The notes under the pieces were generated by a model. It saw nothing but the letters and a program-made list of their open reading frames with translations, was not told the origin of the DNA and did no database searches. This document shows, piece after piece, positions 16,854 through 26,579 of a stretch of 32,000 nucleotides of DNA. Positions within the stretch are counted from its first letter, which is position 1. Each line of letters begins with the position of its first letter. This DNA comes from Candidatus Kuenenia stuttgartensis (GTDB lineage Bacteria; Planctomycetota; Brocadiia; Brocadiales; Brocadiaceae), in the NCBI RefSeq assembly GCF_900232105.1, contig NZ_LT934425.1, positions 4,350,001 through 4,382,000 on the forward strand, written 5' to 3'. The position numbers and the translations under genes were made by a program.

Positions 16854-17739
16854 TTGCCTGCTCAGCGCTCACTTTACCGGCATGGGTAAGGAGTTCGTGT
16901 TCACTCAGTTTCAAAAACTGGTCAAGTTTCTCTATCCAGTCATTCATCTTCATCAGCCTGCCGTTGGTTGCCTGCAATTCTGCAAAGTCAAGATACAAAG
17001 ACACGATAAGATTTAAGCGTTTTAACTCATCTTCATTGAGATAGTTTTTTGCAATCTTTATATCCTGTGCGGTAATGTAATTCCCTTTAAAATTGGTTAG
17101 ACCCATAAGGGGTTTTGTGCTGTCTGCCCGCCTGTCGATAATCTCCGCCGCGGTGTGGCCATGAACAGCATAGTGCATCTTGTTTTGTACAGTAGCAAAA
17201 AATTCCGCAGTCAGTTTGTCATCTTTTCTATAATCAATGCTGGTGGCATAAATATCGGTTACTTTCTGATAAAAGTTTCGCTCGCTGCTACGAATATCGC
17301 GAATGCGCTGTAAAAGTTCCTGAAAATATCGCGCCTTTTCACCACCTTGTTTTAATCGTTCATCATCCAGAGCAAAACCTTTAATAATGTATTCTTTCAG
17401 CCGCTGTGTGGCCCAAATACGAAATTGTGTTCCTCGTCGCGACTTAACCCGGTATCCAACCGAAATAATGACATCAAGATTATAATGCTTCACAACATAT
17501 TCTTTACCGTCTGTGCCAGTTCGTCGGAATTCCCGACATACTGATTTTTCATCAAGTTCCCCTTCATTAAAAACATTATGTATATGTTCAGTAATGGTTG
17601 ACCGGCCTTTAGCAAAGAGTTCTGCCATCTGATCTTGTGTAAGCCAGACTGTTTCATCCTCCATTTTTACCTGAATCTTTGTCTGTCCGTCTTCGGTCTG
17701 ATAAATAATAAGCTGGGATTTATTTTGTGCGTTATCCAT
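16711..17739 (-). CDS. RhuM-family protein (virulence RhuM/Fic-associated type), 342 aa
   Basis: QTEDGQTKIQVKMEDETVWLTQDQMAELFAKGRSTITEHIHNVFNEGEL...VCREFRRTGTDGKEYVVKHYNLDVIISVGYRVKSRRGTQFRIWATQRLKEYIIKGFALDDERLK. Confidence 0.9.
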   Translation of the reverse strand: MDNAQNKSQLIIYQTEDGQTKIQVKMEDETVWLTQDQMAELFAKGRSTITEHIHNVFNEGELDEKSVCREFRRTGTDGKEYVVKHYNLDVIISVGYRVKSRRGTQFRIWATQRLKEYIIKGFALDDERLKQGGEKARYFQELLQRIRDIRSSERNFYQKVTDIYATSIDYRKDDKLTAEFFATVQNKMHYAVHGHTAAEIIDRRADSTKPLMGLTNFKGNYITAQDIKIAKNYLNEDELKRLNLIVSLYLDFAELQATNGRLMKMNDWIEKLDQFLKLSEHELLTHAGKVSAEQAIEKAESEFKKYKKDRDKDYISDFDRATKAIEQKATKRIQKKKRREDG

Positions 17740-18340
17740 TCTCCAACTCCTTTCTTAATTGTTGAAGAAGCTCGTCGCTTTTACGAAATGATTCATGTAG
17801 CATCGTTACCAGTTCCGCACTTGAATACACGTGTTTTTCCTCTAAAATATGCGGATTTTTAATGTCGAGGTTATAGTCATTCGCAGCAATCGTATCTATA
17901 GATACCTTCCATGCCTGCTCATTTTCTTTGTGTTTCTTCCACCACTTCTTAAGCCCATCAAACTCGCTTTTCTGAATCGGCTTCGTCTTGCTGTATGTCT
18001 TAATACCTTCGGGCAGTTTATGTTCCCAATACCAGATTTCTAGAGACTGAGCCCGCTCGTTTAACACCGAAACATCCACTCCGGCCACATATATTTTCTG
18101 CCTGGAGTCGGATACTATTTCACCGCCTTGTATGATTGCCGGTTGTGTGGGATATTCAGCCGTTATTTCTTCTTCAAAATCCACAGGCTGGCCGGTTTCA
18201 GGGTCAATGACATCCTGGTCTTCTTCGGGATGAATATCCTGATCCGTTAATTCTTTTTCGCCTTTAACCTCTCTGATCATGACGGGGTAGCCGTCAAAAG
18301 CGGGGTCAGCGAAAAGGTCTGTCACATTGCGGAAGTCCAT
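17732..18340 (-). pseudogene. hsdM: C-terminal fragment of a type I R-M methyltransferase subunit (hsdM); catalytic part missing
   Basis: ...EIWYWEHKLPEGIKTYSKTKPIQKSEFDGLKKWWKKHKENEQAWKVSIDTIAANDYNLDIKNPH; only 202 aa, no NPPF or DPxxG motif. Confidence 0.75.
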
Positions 18341-18486
18341 AATGGCAAAATATGTCTTGCCATACTCTTCATTTATTAATAAGGGTTTCTAAAATAGCAT
18401 CAAGCGTTTGTGCAAGATTCAGGAAACAATAACAATACCCCCCCTGTTTTATACGTTCGGAATAACGAACCATCAGATTTTACGCT

Positions 18487-19503
18487 TCATCTATGGCATG
18501 TGGTGCAGGCAATACCAAAAGCGCTAGGGTGTGGAGCTTCTCCCGCCCGGTTACGCGGATGGCACTCATTACAGTTTCCGGTAAATGGCGGGTGCGGAGA
18601 ATCTATTGCGGATGGGTGTTCGGGATACGAATGGCATACGGTACATGAAACCATTGATATAGGAAAGTGGCAATTTGTGCAATGCCGGTTTCTTGTGTTT
18701 GCTCCACCCCATGATGCCGTATGGTTTAGCGGTTTCGTGTTGGAGTGACACCGTTCACAGAAGTCTTCCAGATGACAAACACTGCATTTCTTTCTCTCCC
18801 ACGATGCAGCAAATCCATGTGTTTTTCTTCTCCATGCATTATTGTGGTTTTTTGGTTTTTGGTCCCTGTGGCAATCGACACACCAGTTGAGGTCAACATG
18901 ACAGCGGTTGCAGTAGTCTTTGTTGTAATAGAATTCATTCCCATGCTTTTGTATCCATCGCGCATCTTCATGTTTTACCCATCTTTCTTCATGATACAGC
19001 GGCATACGATTCTTTTTTATGTGTTTGTGGCAAACATCACAGGCAATGTTTTCTTCACCTCTTTCCTTATGACAGGGGATACAGTTTTTAAACATGTCCG
19101 GAAGTAAATCTACGGTAATTGCATCACTCTTTTCGATACCCTCATGGCATGCCTTGCAGTCCACATTATTTTCCAAATGTGTCTTATGGCTGAATTTCAG
19201 GTCTTTATATTTTTTCGGAACATTGTGCTTTACCTTGATTTTCATCCCGGGTTTTGTATGACAGTAAAGACAGGATGCCGGATTAGTGGTGTCAAATTTC
19301 TTCATATGGCATGAAAGGCACTTTGCCATTTTTGGCCACTTTGGTTCCAAATCTTCTTTGTAATTGTGGCAGATATTGCAATCGCTGAGTCCTCTTTCAA
19401 TGTGTTTGGCGTGGCTATAATGAATGCCGGACTCTTTACAGCCGCTCAAGAAGGCGAGCGAAGACAGCGCCACGATTAAAAACAGATAATATGGTTTTCT
19501 CAT
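18487..19503 (-). CDS. Multiheme c-type cytochrome lipoprotein with 14 CXXCH motifs
   Basis: Signal with lipobox LAFLSGC; motifs CNICH, CLSCH, CLYCH, CKACH, CIPCH, CDVCH, CNRCH, CVDCH, CSVCH, CERCH, CTNCH, CTVCH, CNECH, CTTCH. Confidence 0.95.
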   Translation of the reverse strand: MRKPYYLFLIVALSSLAFLSGCKESGIHYSHAKHIERGLSDCNICHNYKEDLEPKWPKMAKCLSCHMKKFDTTNPASCLYCHTKPGMKIKVKHNVPKKYKDLKFSHKTHLENNVDCKACHEGIEKSDAITVDLLPDMFKNCIPCHKERGEENIACDVCHKHIKKNRMPLYHEERWVKHEDARWIQKHGNEFYYNKDYCNRCHVDLNWCVDCHRDQKPKNHNNAWRRKTHGFAASWERKKCSVCHLEDFCERCHSNTKPLNHTASWGGANTRNRHCTNCHFPISMVSCTVCHSYPEHPSAIDSPHPPFTGNCNECHPRNRAGEAPHPSAFGIACTTCHR

Positions 19504-19523
19504 AGTATTTTGTTCTATATTTA

Positions 19524-21203
19524 TTAAAAACTCATGCTGTACGAAAGCAATAACTGATGAAACATTTCAGGATCAGTATCGCTGTTTTCTGTCGTCCATC
19601 GGAAACTGACGTCTGATTTTTCCGTTAACAAATATTTGATTCTCAGAAAGTAGGTCCTTATATTGATCTTTTGCTCAATATCCCGTGTATACTCATTATC
19701 AAGGATTGTCTGCAGGGTATTGCTTCCGTCAAAATTGTATTTATACAAAGAATAACTAGTGCCGCATCCGAGGTCGAACTTGTTTATTTTTTTGTCAAAT
19801 TCAATTCCAACATCTGCACTGTGGTCAACGCCCTTCGCATCCCAGTATTCAACCGTGAAAGTAATCCTGGAATCTTCAAGAAGAATATTATTTGCCGTAA
19901 GGGCGATAAAACTTCTGTAGTAATCGTGATTAAATGAGTTTTCATCATCGTTGTCGAGTACATTCCGGTAATCAAGCCCCCCGGAAATCCCGAATTTTTC
20001 CCCGAGCCCCTTATAGCCGGTGAGACTGAAGAGATCAAATGACTCAAAAGTGCCTAGTATCTGATAGAAAGGGGAAATATCATTGCTCTGTTCCGATAGC
20101 GAATGGAGGAACCGGTAATACGACAATTGCAGACTTGTATCCCAGTCTATTTTGTCCCATGACACTTTTGTGAGAATATCCTTGGGGAGATTGTTTAAGA
20201 GAACGTACCGACCGTAAAAATGCAGGTCTTCATAGAGCCTTTGCCATACGCTGAATCCTATTTCGTCATCATTGCTATGGTCATCATCAACAATACGAAT
20301 ATAATCTAACGAGGCGTGGGTATCGATAAAAGGCCGGAACGCAACGCCGCCTCCGGCAACCGTATCATCATCCGGGCTGCTGTACTGTGACGCCCTTAAC
20401 CCGCCGAAAACGTGAGCTTCCACCGGGCCTACCTGCTGTTCGTATTTTGCGCCGTCAAATAAAATATTCTCAACGGAATACTGATATTGGCGGCCTAAGC
20501 GCAGTTGCGATTTTTCGAGGACAGGGTTTTTGATGTCGGCGTAAAAGTAATAGATGCGGCCGTTGACGCTTTTATTATATGTGTCAAGGATGTCCCTGAA
20601 CGTGCCATCCCTTGGTTCATGCCCGTCTAAATCCTCGGATAATCTTCCGGAACCGGAAATAGAAACCTTGTTATTAAAAAAATCTTTCGTTTTAAAGCGC
20701 AGGCGCTGGTACATATCGTGGTCGTCGTCTCCGCCTGCCCAACGGCCTTCGTACTGGGAGCTGAAATTACCTGAAATAAAATTATTATAGGTAAAGCCGC
20801 TTTTCTCTGTCAGCCCCGTAATTAAATTACTATCGGTTACATTTGTTGTCTGGGCGTTAATTTGGGAAGAGAGCGATACTATCAATGCCAGTGCGGCGCC
20901 TGCTGCTTTTAAAAACAAGGGTTTAATCTGCTGATTTTTAAAAGGAGTTTTATTCGTATCTAATATGAAAAATGGATTGCAAGAGAGATGATTAATGAAG
21001 CAAAAGAGGCGCAATAAGCATCTCATTTGACTGGCGGTATTTTGTATTTTTATTAAAAACGTGTTTATAACTATTATGGGGAAGCGGATTTTCACTTGGA
21101 GTGACCAAATATTTTTTTTTATTTTCGGTAAGAGTTCGGTAAGAGCATGTTCTTTCCAATACGATAAAAATAAATCATGCATAATGCATTCAGCAGATAT
21201 CAA
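19524..21203 (-). CDS. Outer-membrane beta-barrel protein (porin-like); mature start probably after ...FLKAAGAALALIVSLSSQINA
   Basis: Internal signal-peptide-like sequence, alternating amphipathic strands, C-terminal aromatic residue (...LLLSYSMSF*); 20 nt upstream of the cytochrome gene on the same strand. Confidence 0.75.
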   Translation of the reverse strand: MISAECIMHDLFLSYWKEHALTELLPKIKKNIWSLQVKIRFPIIVINTFLIKIQNTASQMRCLLRLFCFINHLSCNPFFILDTNKTPFKNQQIKPLFLKAAGAALALIVSLSSQINAQTTNVTDSNLITGLTEKSGFTYNNFISGNFSSQYEGRWAGGDDDHDMYQRLRFKTKDFFNNKVSISGSGRLSEDLDGHEPRDGTFRDILDTYNKSVNGRIYYFYADIKNPVLEKSQLRLGRQYQYSVENILFDGAKYEQQVGPVEAHVFGGLRASQYSSPDDDTVAGGGVAFRPFIDTHASLDYIRIVDDDHSNDDEIGFSVWQRLYEDLHFYGRYVLLNNLPKDILTKVSWDKIDWDTSLQLSYYRFLHSLSEQSNDISPFYQILGTFESFDLFSLTGYKGLGEKFGISGGLDYRNVLDNDDENSFNHDYYRSFIALTANNILLEDSRITFTVEYWDAKGVDHSADVGIEFDKKINKFDLGCGTSYSLYKYNFDGSNTLQTILDNEYTRDIEQKINIRTYFLRIKYLLTEKSDVSFRWTTENSDTDPEMFHQLLLSYSMSF

Positions 21204-21436
21204 TTGCTATCTTTGCGATGTTTAGTACATTTACAGCAAAAGATACCTTTGTAATAAACGAAACGTTTGCTAAAGTTACATAATGCCGTTTCCGTTTTCA
21301 ACAAAAATCTTGTTTTTGGTTTGTAGATAGTAAACATCTGTTCCTAAAGGAAATAGTATTGCGTTGGTGTTTTTAATACTATAATATCTTTTTTTAAAAA
21401 CCTCTTCATTTGGTAATATTTTAGTTTTTTAAAAAA

Positions 21437-21509
21437 GTAGGGGCGAAGCATTTGCTGTAAATTGTCATAAATACCTTCATATCCAAACGGGCAAATGCTT
21501 CGCCCCTAC
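21437..21509. repeat. Palindromic GTAGGGGCGAAGCATTTGC element
   Basis: Perfect 19-bp inverted repeat, 21437-21455 and 21491-21509, inside weaker outer inverted repeats (TTTAGTTTTTT / AAAAAACTAAA). Confidence 0.85.
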
Positions 21510-21650
21510 ACTGCGATTATTGGAATTTTTCAAAAAACTAAAGTGTTACTTTTTTGTAAGTTTTTCTGTAACTATTCAGCGTAAACATTACAGTTTGATA
21601 CCAACATCTTCGGGAAACTCCTGTTTCTCAAAATAAAATAAGGCGCTGCA

Positions 21651-22496
21651 ATGAAATTTGGCAAGTTTGAAATCTATCCTGTTTCCGATGGTTGCATTTA
21701 TTTAGACGGCGGCGCTGTTTTTGGCGTAGTGCCAAAAGTCCTTTGGCAAAGAATTCTTCCACCGGACGAAAAAAACAGGGTGCAGTTGTCTTTGCAATGT
21801 CCGTTGGTTGTCGCAAAAAAATATAAAATACTGATCGATACCGGGACGGGTTCAAAACATAACGAAAAATTTTGTCAGATGTACAGGTTAGAAAAAAAGG
21901 CACCACTTTTGGAATCGTTGTGCAGGTTTGGTTATCAGCCCAAGGATATAGATATTGTCATCAATACACATCTTCACTTTGATCATGCGGGAGGGAATAC
22001 TACCATCAATGAAAAGGAGGAAATTGTTCCTACATTCCCAAAAGCAACGTATTTTATTCAGAAAGGAGAGTTAGAGGTGGCCTTAAATCCAAATGAAAGG
22101 ACAAAGGCTAGTTATGTTGCTGAAGACTTTTTGCCAATAGGCGGCACAAAATATCTCCACCTTGTTGACGAAGATGCCGTAGAAGTGGAAAGGGGTATTT
22201 CACTAGTAAAAACAGGCGGGCATACCCGGCATCATCAATGCGTCAAAATTGAATCTGAGGGACAAACAGCGTTCTTTCTGGCTGACCTGATACCCACTGC
22301 AGCCCATTTGAATTATCCGTATATTACAAGTTATGATTTGTTCCCGCTGGAAACACTGGAAAGCAAAAAAAAGATAATAAAGCAGGCCTTTGAAGAACAT
22401 TGGCTTTTGATATTTCAGCACGATCCAAAAATACGAATGGGATATCTTAAAAAAGTGGATGAGAGATTTGAGATTGAAGAGGTCAAGGTCTATTGA
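21651..22496 (+). CDS. MBL-fold metallo-hydrolase
   Basis: NTHLHFDHAGGNT metal-binding motif; GGHTRHHQCV; 281 aa. Confidence 0.85.
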   Translation: MKFGKFEIYPVSDGCIYLDGGAVFGVVPKVLWQRILPPDEKNRVQLSLQCPLVVAKKYKILIDTGTGSKHNEKFCQMYRLEKKAPLLESLCRFGYQPKDIDIVINTHLHFDHAGGNTTINEKEEIVPTFPKATYFIQKGELEVALNPNERTKASYVAEDFLPIGGTKYLHLVDEDAVEVERGISLVKTGGHTRHHQCVKIESEGQTAFFLADLIPTAAHLNYPYITSYDLFPLETLESKKKIIKQAFEEHWLLIFQHDPKIRMGYLKKVDERFEIEEVKVY

Positions 22497-22536
22497 ATAG
22501 ACCTTGACCTCTTAATTTTTATAATGGATTCTTTTG

Positions 22537-23265
22537 TTAAACCGGCTGAGCGCCCTTTATCTGTTTTCCTTTTACAATACCGTATGCCCCGCAAATAATT
22601 AAATAAAAGCTTAAAGCGGAAGATAGCGCCAACTCCGGCGTGATGATAAAGTAGACAATAGCGGCGGAAAACTCCAAAATAACTGCCTTAATCCCCTGTC
22701 TTTTCCCGATTTTGCAGGTAATGTTAAAAAAGGGGATTTTGCTTATCATTAAAACACCCAATGTGAAAACAATGAACGGTAAAAAATTCACGATAATGTC
22801 TGTTCCAAACCGTGTGTAGATAAAGTGATGGAGTATGCAAAGCTGTGCCACCGTTCCTCCTGCAAGCGTTGATGGCAAACCTGTGAAAAAGTGCCTGGGC
22901 AGTTGTATCGCCTCTTCTTTTTGTGCGTTAAACCTTGCCAGACGATACGCGGTGCACATCATGAAAAACAATCCAAAACCCCATGAAATAACGATAGGAC
23001 TGTTATTGCACATTTTCGTCATAAGGACAGCCGGCGCAATACCAAACGCCACTAAATCTGCCATAGAATCTAATTGCGCCCCGGTTTTGCTCGCGGTATT
23101 CATCAAACGTGCAAGTTTCCCATCAAAACCGTCGAGAATCATGGCAACGATTATAAGCCATGCCGCTATTTCAAGCCTTTGATTTAAAACACACATTATC
23201 GACAGAAAACCGCACATAATATTGCCCATAGTTAATACTGTGGGTAAATATTGTTTTATCTTCAA
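22537..23265 (-). CDS. pssA: CDP-diacylglycerol--serine O-phosphatidyltransferase
   Basis: LTMGNIMCGFLSI..., DGFDGKLARLMNTASKTGAQLDSMADLVAFGIAPA (CDP-alcohol phosphotransferase motif). Confidence 0.9.
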   Translation of the reverse strand: MKIKQYLPTVLTMGNIMCGFLSIMCVLNQRLEIAAWLIIVAMILDGFDGKLARLMNTASKTGAQLDSMADLVAFGIAPAVLMTKMCNNSPIVISWGFGLFFMMCTAYRLARFNAQKEEAIQLPRHFFTGLPSTLAGGTVAQLCILHHFIYTRFGTDIIVNFLPFIVFTLGVLMISKIPFFNITCKIGKRQGIKAVILEFSAAIVYFIITPELALSSALSFYLIICGAYGIVKGKQIKGAQPV

Positions 23266-23570
23266 ATCAAATATCTCCTTTATTTACATTGTTTAAATCC
23301 GCATCCAGCCCGAAGGCTGGACGCTACTTTTTGAAATAATTTCGTTAAACTGTTACGATCAAATATGAATATTCGTTCGCGGTAATTGAGAAAAGCAGAT
23401 TAATAATTTTCAGGCATTACCATAAGGTATCGTAACAGTGTAACAAAACTTATTCCATTCAGAACTAAAAACTCTTAATTGAAAACATATTTTATAAATA
23501 CTTTAAATACAGTTAGTTATAAATTAAATAGAGAACATGTAGTTTGTTGCCGTTACAGGCTTAGATCAAA

Positions 23571-23596
23571 TAAATGCAGTAAATATACTGCATTTA
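23571..23596. repeat. Palindrome TAAATGCAGTA-AATA-TACTGCATTTA
   Basis: 11-bp perfect stem, 4-nt loop, in the intergenic region between pssA and the aquaporin gene. Confidence 0.8.
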
Positions 23597-23959
23597 CGGT
23601 ATTTTATTACTGCATATGAGATGAGGGTCGAAAATGTAATTGCTCAATAAATTGTGGTGATGGAGCTATTGGTATCTTATCAGTAATTTCTTTTGAATTA
23701 TCCTGTCAGGCAATGCCATGCCCTACCCGATTATCACCAACCACAACTTGTTGAGAAGTTACATTTTTTAGTCTATTTTTTCTTGACACCATTCTTTTAT
23801 TGTGATAATTTGTCTCAAACTCATAACTTTTGAACAGTTAGGTATATTTTATTGACGAGGAAACCGGATACTGTAAAAGATTTATGAAATAATGGGAGAG
23901 AATGCCGATTGGTAAATATCCTTGCTAAATCTTGAAAATAACTTACAGGAGATAACTGA

Positions 23960-24646
23960 ATGGATGCATACAAAAAGTATTTAGCCGAATTTGTTGGTAC
24001 ATTTGCATTGGTTTTCATTGCCGCTGGCGCTGTGTGCGCTGATTTTTATTTGAAGCAGTCTGGCGGGCAAGGTTTTGGGCTTCTGGGAATTTCAATTGCT
24101 TATGGTGTCGTGGTAATTGCCGTTATTTATGCCATGGGCTATGTGTCTGGTTCCCATATTAACCCTGCAGTAACAATATCTTTTTGGATCACGAAAAGAA
24201 TGGAGCCTAACACTGCAATTATGTACATAATTTCTCAGATCGGCGGAGCTATTTTAGGCGGGTTTGCATTGCGAACTATTTTTCCTGACGCATTAAGTAG
24301 TATTCATCTAGGGACGAGCACACTAGCCGCAGGCGTCTCCATTGAAAGAGGCATACTGATGGAATTTATTATATCGTTCCTCCTGATCTTTACCATCTAT
24401 GGGACACTCGTAGATAAAAGGGCTTCTGGGGGTTTTGCCGGACTAGCGGTTGGGTTGGTAGTATTGTTTGGCTCGCTGGTTGGCGGGACAATTAGTGGCG
24501 GGGCAATGAATCCTGTACGCGTTTTTGGCCCTGCGATTGCTTCTGGCCAATTTACTAATCATTACGTTTGGTGGATAGGCCCAATACTTGGCGGTATTGC
24601 GGCAGGCATTGTTTATGACAAGCTTTTCGCCGAACGTAAAAAATAA
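23960..24646 (+). CDS. Major intrinsic protein (aquaporin/glycerol facilitator family)
   Basis: AEFVGTFALVFIAAGAV, GSHINPAVT and GAMNPVRVFGPAI motifs; 228 aa. Confidence 0.9.
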   Translation: MDAYKKYLAEFVGTFALVFIAAGAVCADFYLKQSGGQGFGLLGISIAYGVVVIAVIYAMGYVSGSHINPAVTISFWITKRMEPNTAIMYIISQIGGAILGGFALRTIFPDALSSIHLGTSTLAAGVSIERGILMEFIISFLLIFTIYGTLVDKRASGGFAGLAVGLVVLFGSLVGGTISGGAMNPVRVFGPAIASGQFTNHYVWWIGPILGGIAAGIVYDKLFAERKK

Positions 24647-24749
24647 CGTGCAGTTGACGAAAGAGGTTTAAATAAGAAATATATAAATAGGAAGACGGCA
24701 ATAGGTAGCGCATTTACCTATTGCCGTTTTTTCATTGAATTGAAGGGTT

Positions 24750-25403
24750 GTGCATTTGTTTGATATCGACATAGTTCTCTCCAAAATAAAGCATAAAAAC
24801 AAAGAGTTTGCCGAGCCTGCCGTTACAACTATTTCCAGGAAACGAACTCCTTTTCACGTATTGATATCCTGCCTTTTAAGTTTGCGGACAAAAGATCAAA
24901 CCACCAGAGCAGCCTCAGAACGGCTCTTTGCGATTGCGGATAATCCCGAAGATATGAAAAAGATCCCTTCGCAAAAACTGGAAAAACTAATCTATCCGGT
25001 AGGTTTCTACCGGAGAAAAGCGGTCACTATTCAGGAAATTTGTGAAACACTTACAAAAGATTACGAAGGTAAAGTCCCCGATGAAATAGATGAGCTGTTG
25101 AAACTAAACGGCGTTGGACGAAAAACAGCAAATTTGGTAGTTTCCCTGGGATACAAAAAACCGGGGATTTGCGTTGACGTCCATGTGCATAGGATTACTA
25201 ATCGTTGGGGCTACATAAAGACAAAAACTCCGGCAGAAACTGAATGTGCCCTCCGCAAAAAACTCCCCGCAAAATATTGGTTGTGTATCAATGATCTTCT
25301 CGTTACTTACGGTCAGAATATTTGTGTCCCAATTTCACCGAAATGCAGTCTTTGCCCGGTAAATAGTTATTGTAAAAAAGCAGGGGTAACACGGCACAGA
25401 TGA
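24750..25403 (+). CDS. nth: Endonuclease III (HhH-GPD, Fe-S)
   Basis: LLSLRTKDQTT, LLKLNGVGRKTANLV, CVDVHVHRITNR, C-X6-C-X2-C-X5-C cluster (CVPISPKCSLCPVNSYC). Confidence 0.85.
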   Translation: MHLFDIDIVLSKIKHKNKEFAEPAVTTISRKRTPFHVLISCLLSLRTKDQTTRAASERLFAIADNPEDMKKIPSQKLEKLIYPVGFYRRKAVTIQEICETLTKDYEGKVPDEIDELLKLNGVGRKTANLVVSLGYKKPGICVDVHVHRITNRWGYIKTKTPAETECALRKKLPAKYWLCINDLLVTYGQNICVPISPKCSLCPVNSYCKKAGVTRHR

Positions 25404-25474
25404 ATGCGATTTCATAAATAATGCGAAAAAAGGCGATATACATAAATAAGCATCTGCAATGACATTTTGATAGA

Positions 25475-26371
25475 TTGGGAAACAATATGAGACCTCCTTG
25501 GATAAGGGCAAAATTCCCGTCAGGTAAAGGTTTCACGGAAATAAGGGAGATACTGCAGGAATATCGGTTGCAGACCGTGTGCGATGCGGCTTTGTGCCCC
25601 AATATCGGCGAATGCTACAATCAAAAAACGGCAACGTTTCTAATACTGGGCGGTGTATGTACCAGAAAATGCGGGTATTGTGCCGTTACAAAAGGAACCG
25701 CTGCGACACTGGATGAAGAAGAACCATATCGGGTCGCTACGGCTGTCAGGAAAATGGGATTAAAATATGTCGTTATCACATCAGTAACCAGGGATGATAT
25801 CACAGACGGCGGTGCGGGCATCTTTGCACAAACGATTCAATGTGTTCGTGATTTTGTTAATGATTGCAAGGTGGAAGTATTGATTCCTGATTTTGGGGGT
25901 TCCGTTGATGCGTTATGGACGGTATTGGATGCAAGGCCTGATGTTTTAAATCATAATATAGAAACTGTTCGCCGTTTGTATCCAATAGTAAGACCTGGGG
26001 CTGATTATGAAAGATCACTGCAATTATTGCGTATTGCAAGTGAAGAGAGGCTGCTTATGCCAACAAAATCAGGGATCATGCTGGGATTGGGAGAACAATG
26101 GGATGAGATAACAGAGGTTCTACACGATATTAAAAATACCGGTTGTGAAATAATAACGTTGGGACAGTATCTTCGTCCAAATAAAAACGCCTTACCTGCT
26201 AAACGGTATTATACACCTATGGAGTTTGAAAGATTACAACGGGAAGGAGAAAAAATGGGTTTCCGTTGTGTTGAGTCCGGCCCCCTGGTAAGAAGCTCTT
26301 ACCATGCAAAGGCACAATCAGAGAGTATTTTAGAAAAAAAACCAGAAATTATACAAAAAACCCATAATTAA
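25475..26371 (+). CDS. lipA: Lipoyl synthase (radical SAM)
   Basis: RPPWIRAK, CDAALCPNIGECYN, TFLILGGVCTRKCGYCAV; 298 aa. Confidence 0.95.
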   Translation: MGNNMRPPWIRAKFPSGKGFTEIREILQEYRLQTVCDAALCPNIGECYNQKTATFLILGGVCTRKCGYCAVTKGTAATLDEEEPYRVATAVRKMGLKYVVITSVTRDDITDGGAGIFAQTIQCVRDFVNDCKVEVLIPDFGGSVDALWTVLDARPDVLNHNIETVRRLYPIVRPGADYERSLQLLRIASEERLLMPTKSGIMLGLGEQWDEITEVLHDIKNTGCEIITLGQYLRPNKNALPAKRYYTPMEFERLQREGEKMGFRCVESGPLVRSSYHAKAQSESILEKKPEIIQKTHN

Positions 26372-26373
26372 CT

Positions 26374-26490
26374 CCGAAGGGGTGATATAATTTTATCTTT
26401 CATGAAACACCGGACAGTGGCGATTATGTCATCCCTTCGGGATTAGGCGTGGTTTTACCGTGTTTTTCTATAATCATATTACCCCTTCGG
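26374..26490. repeat. ~117-bp inverted-repeat element between lipA and thiD
   Basis: CCGAAGGGGTGATATAATT (26374-26392) vs reverse complement of 26472-26490 CCGAAGGGGTAATATGATT, 17/19 identical. Confidence 0.7.
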
Positions 26491-26510
26491 GGTTCTCCTT
26501 TTTTCCCGGA

Positions 26511-26566
26511 ATTTTTCAAAAAGCTAAAGTGTTACCTTTTTTTGTAACCGTTTAGCTTTTTGAAAA
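26511..26566. repeat. Hairpin element TTTTTCAAAAAGCTAAA...TTTAGCTTTTTGAAAAA just upstream of thiD
   Basis: Near-perfect arms; left arm and following ~25 nt also match 21524-21563. Confidence 0.75.
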
Positions 26567-26579
26567 AACACCATGAAAA

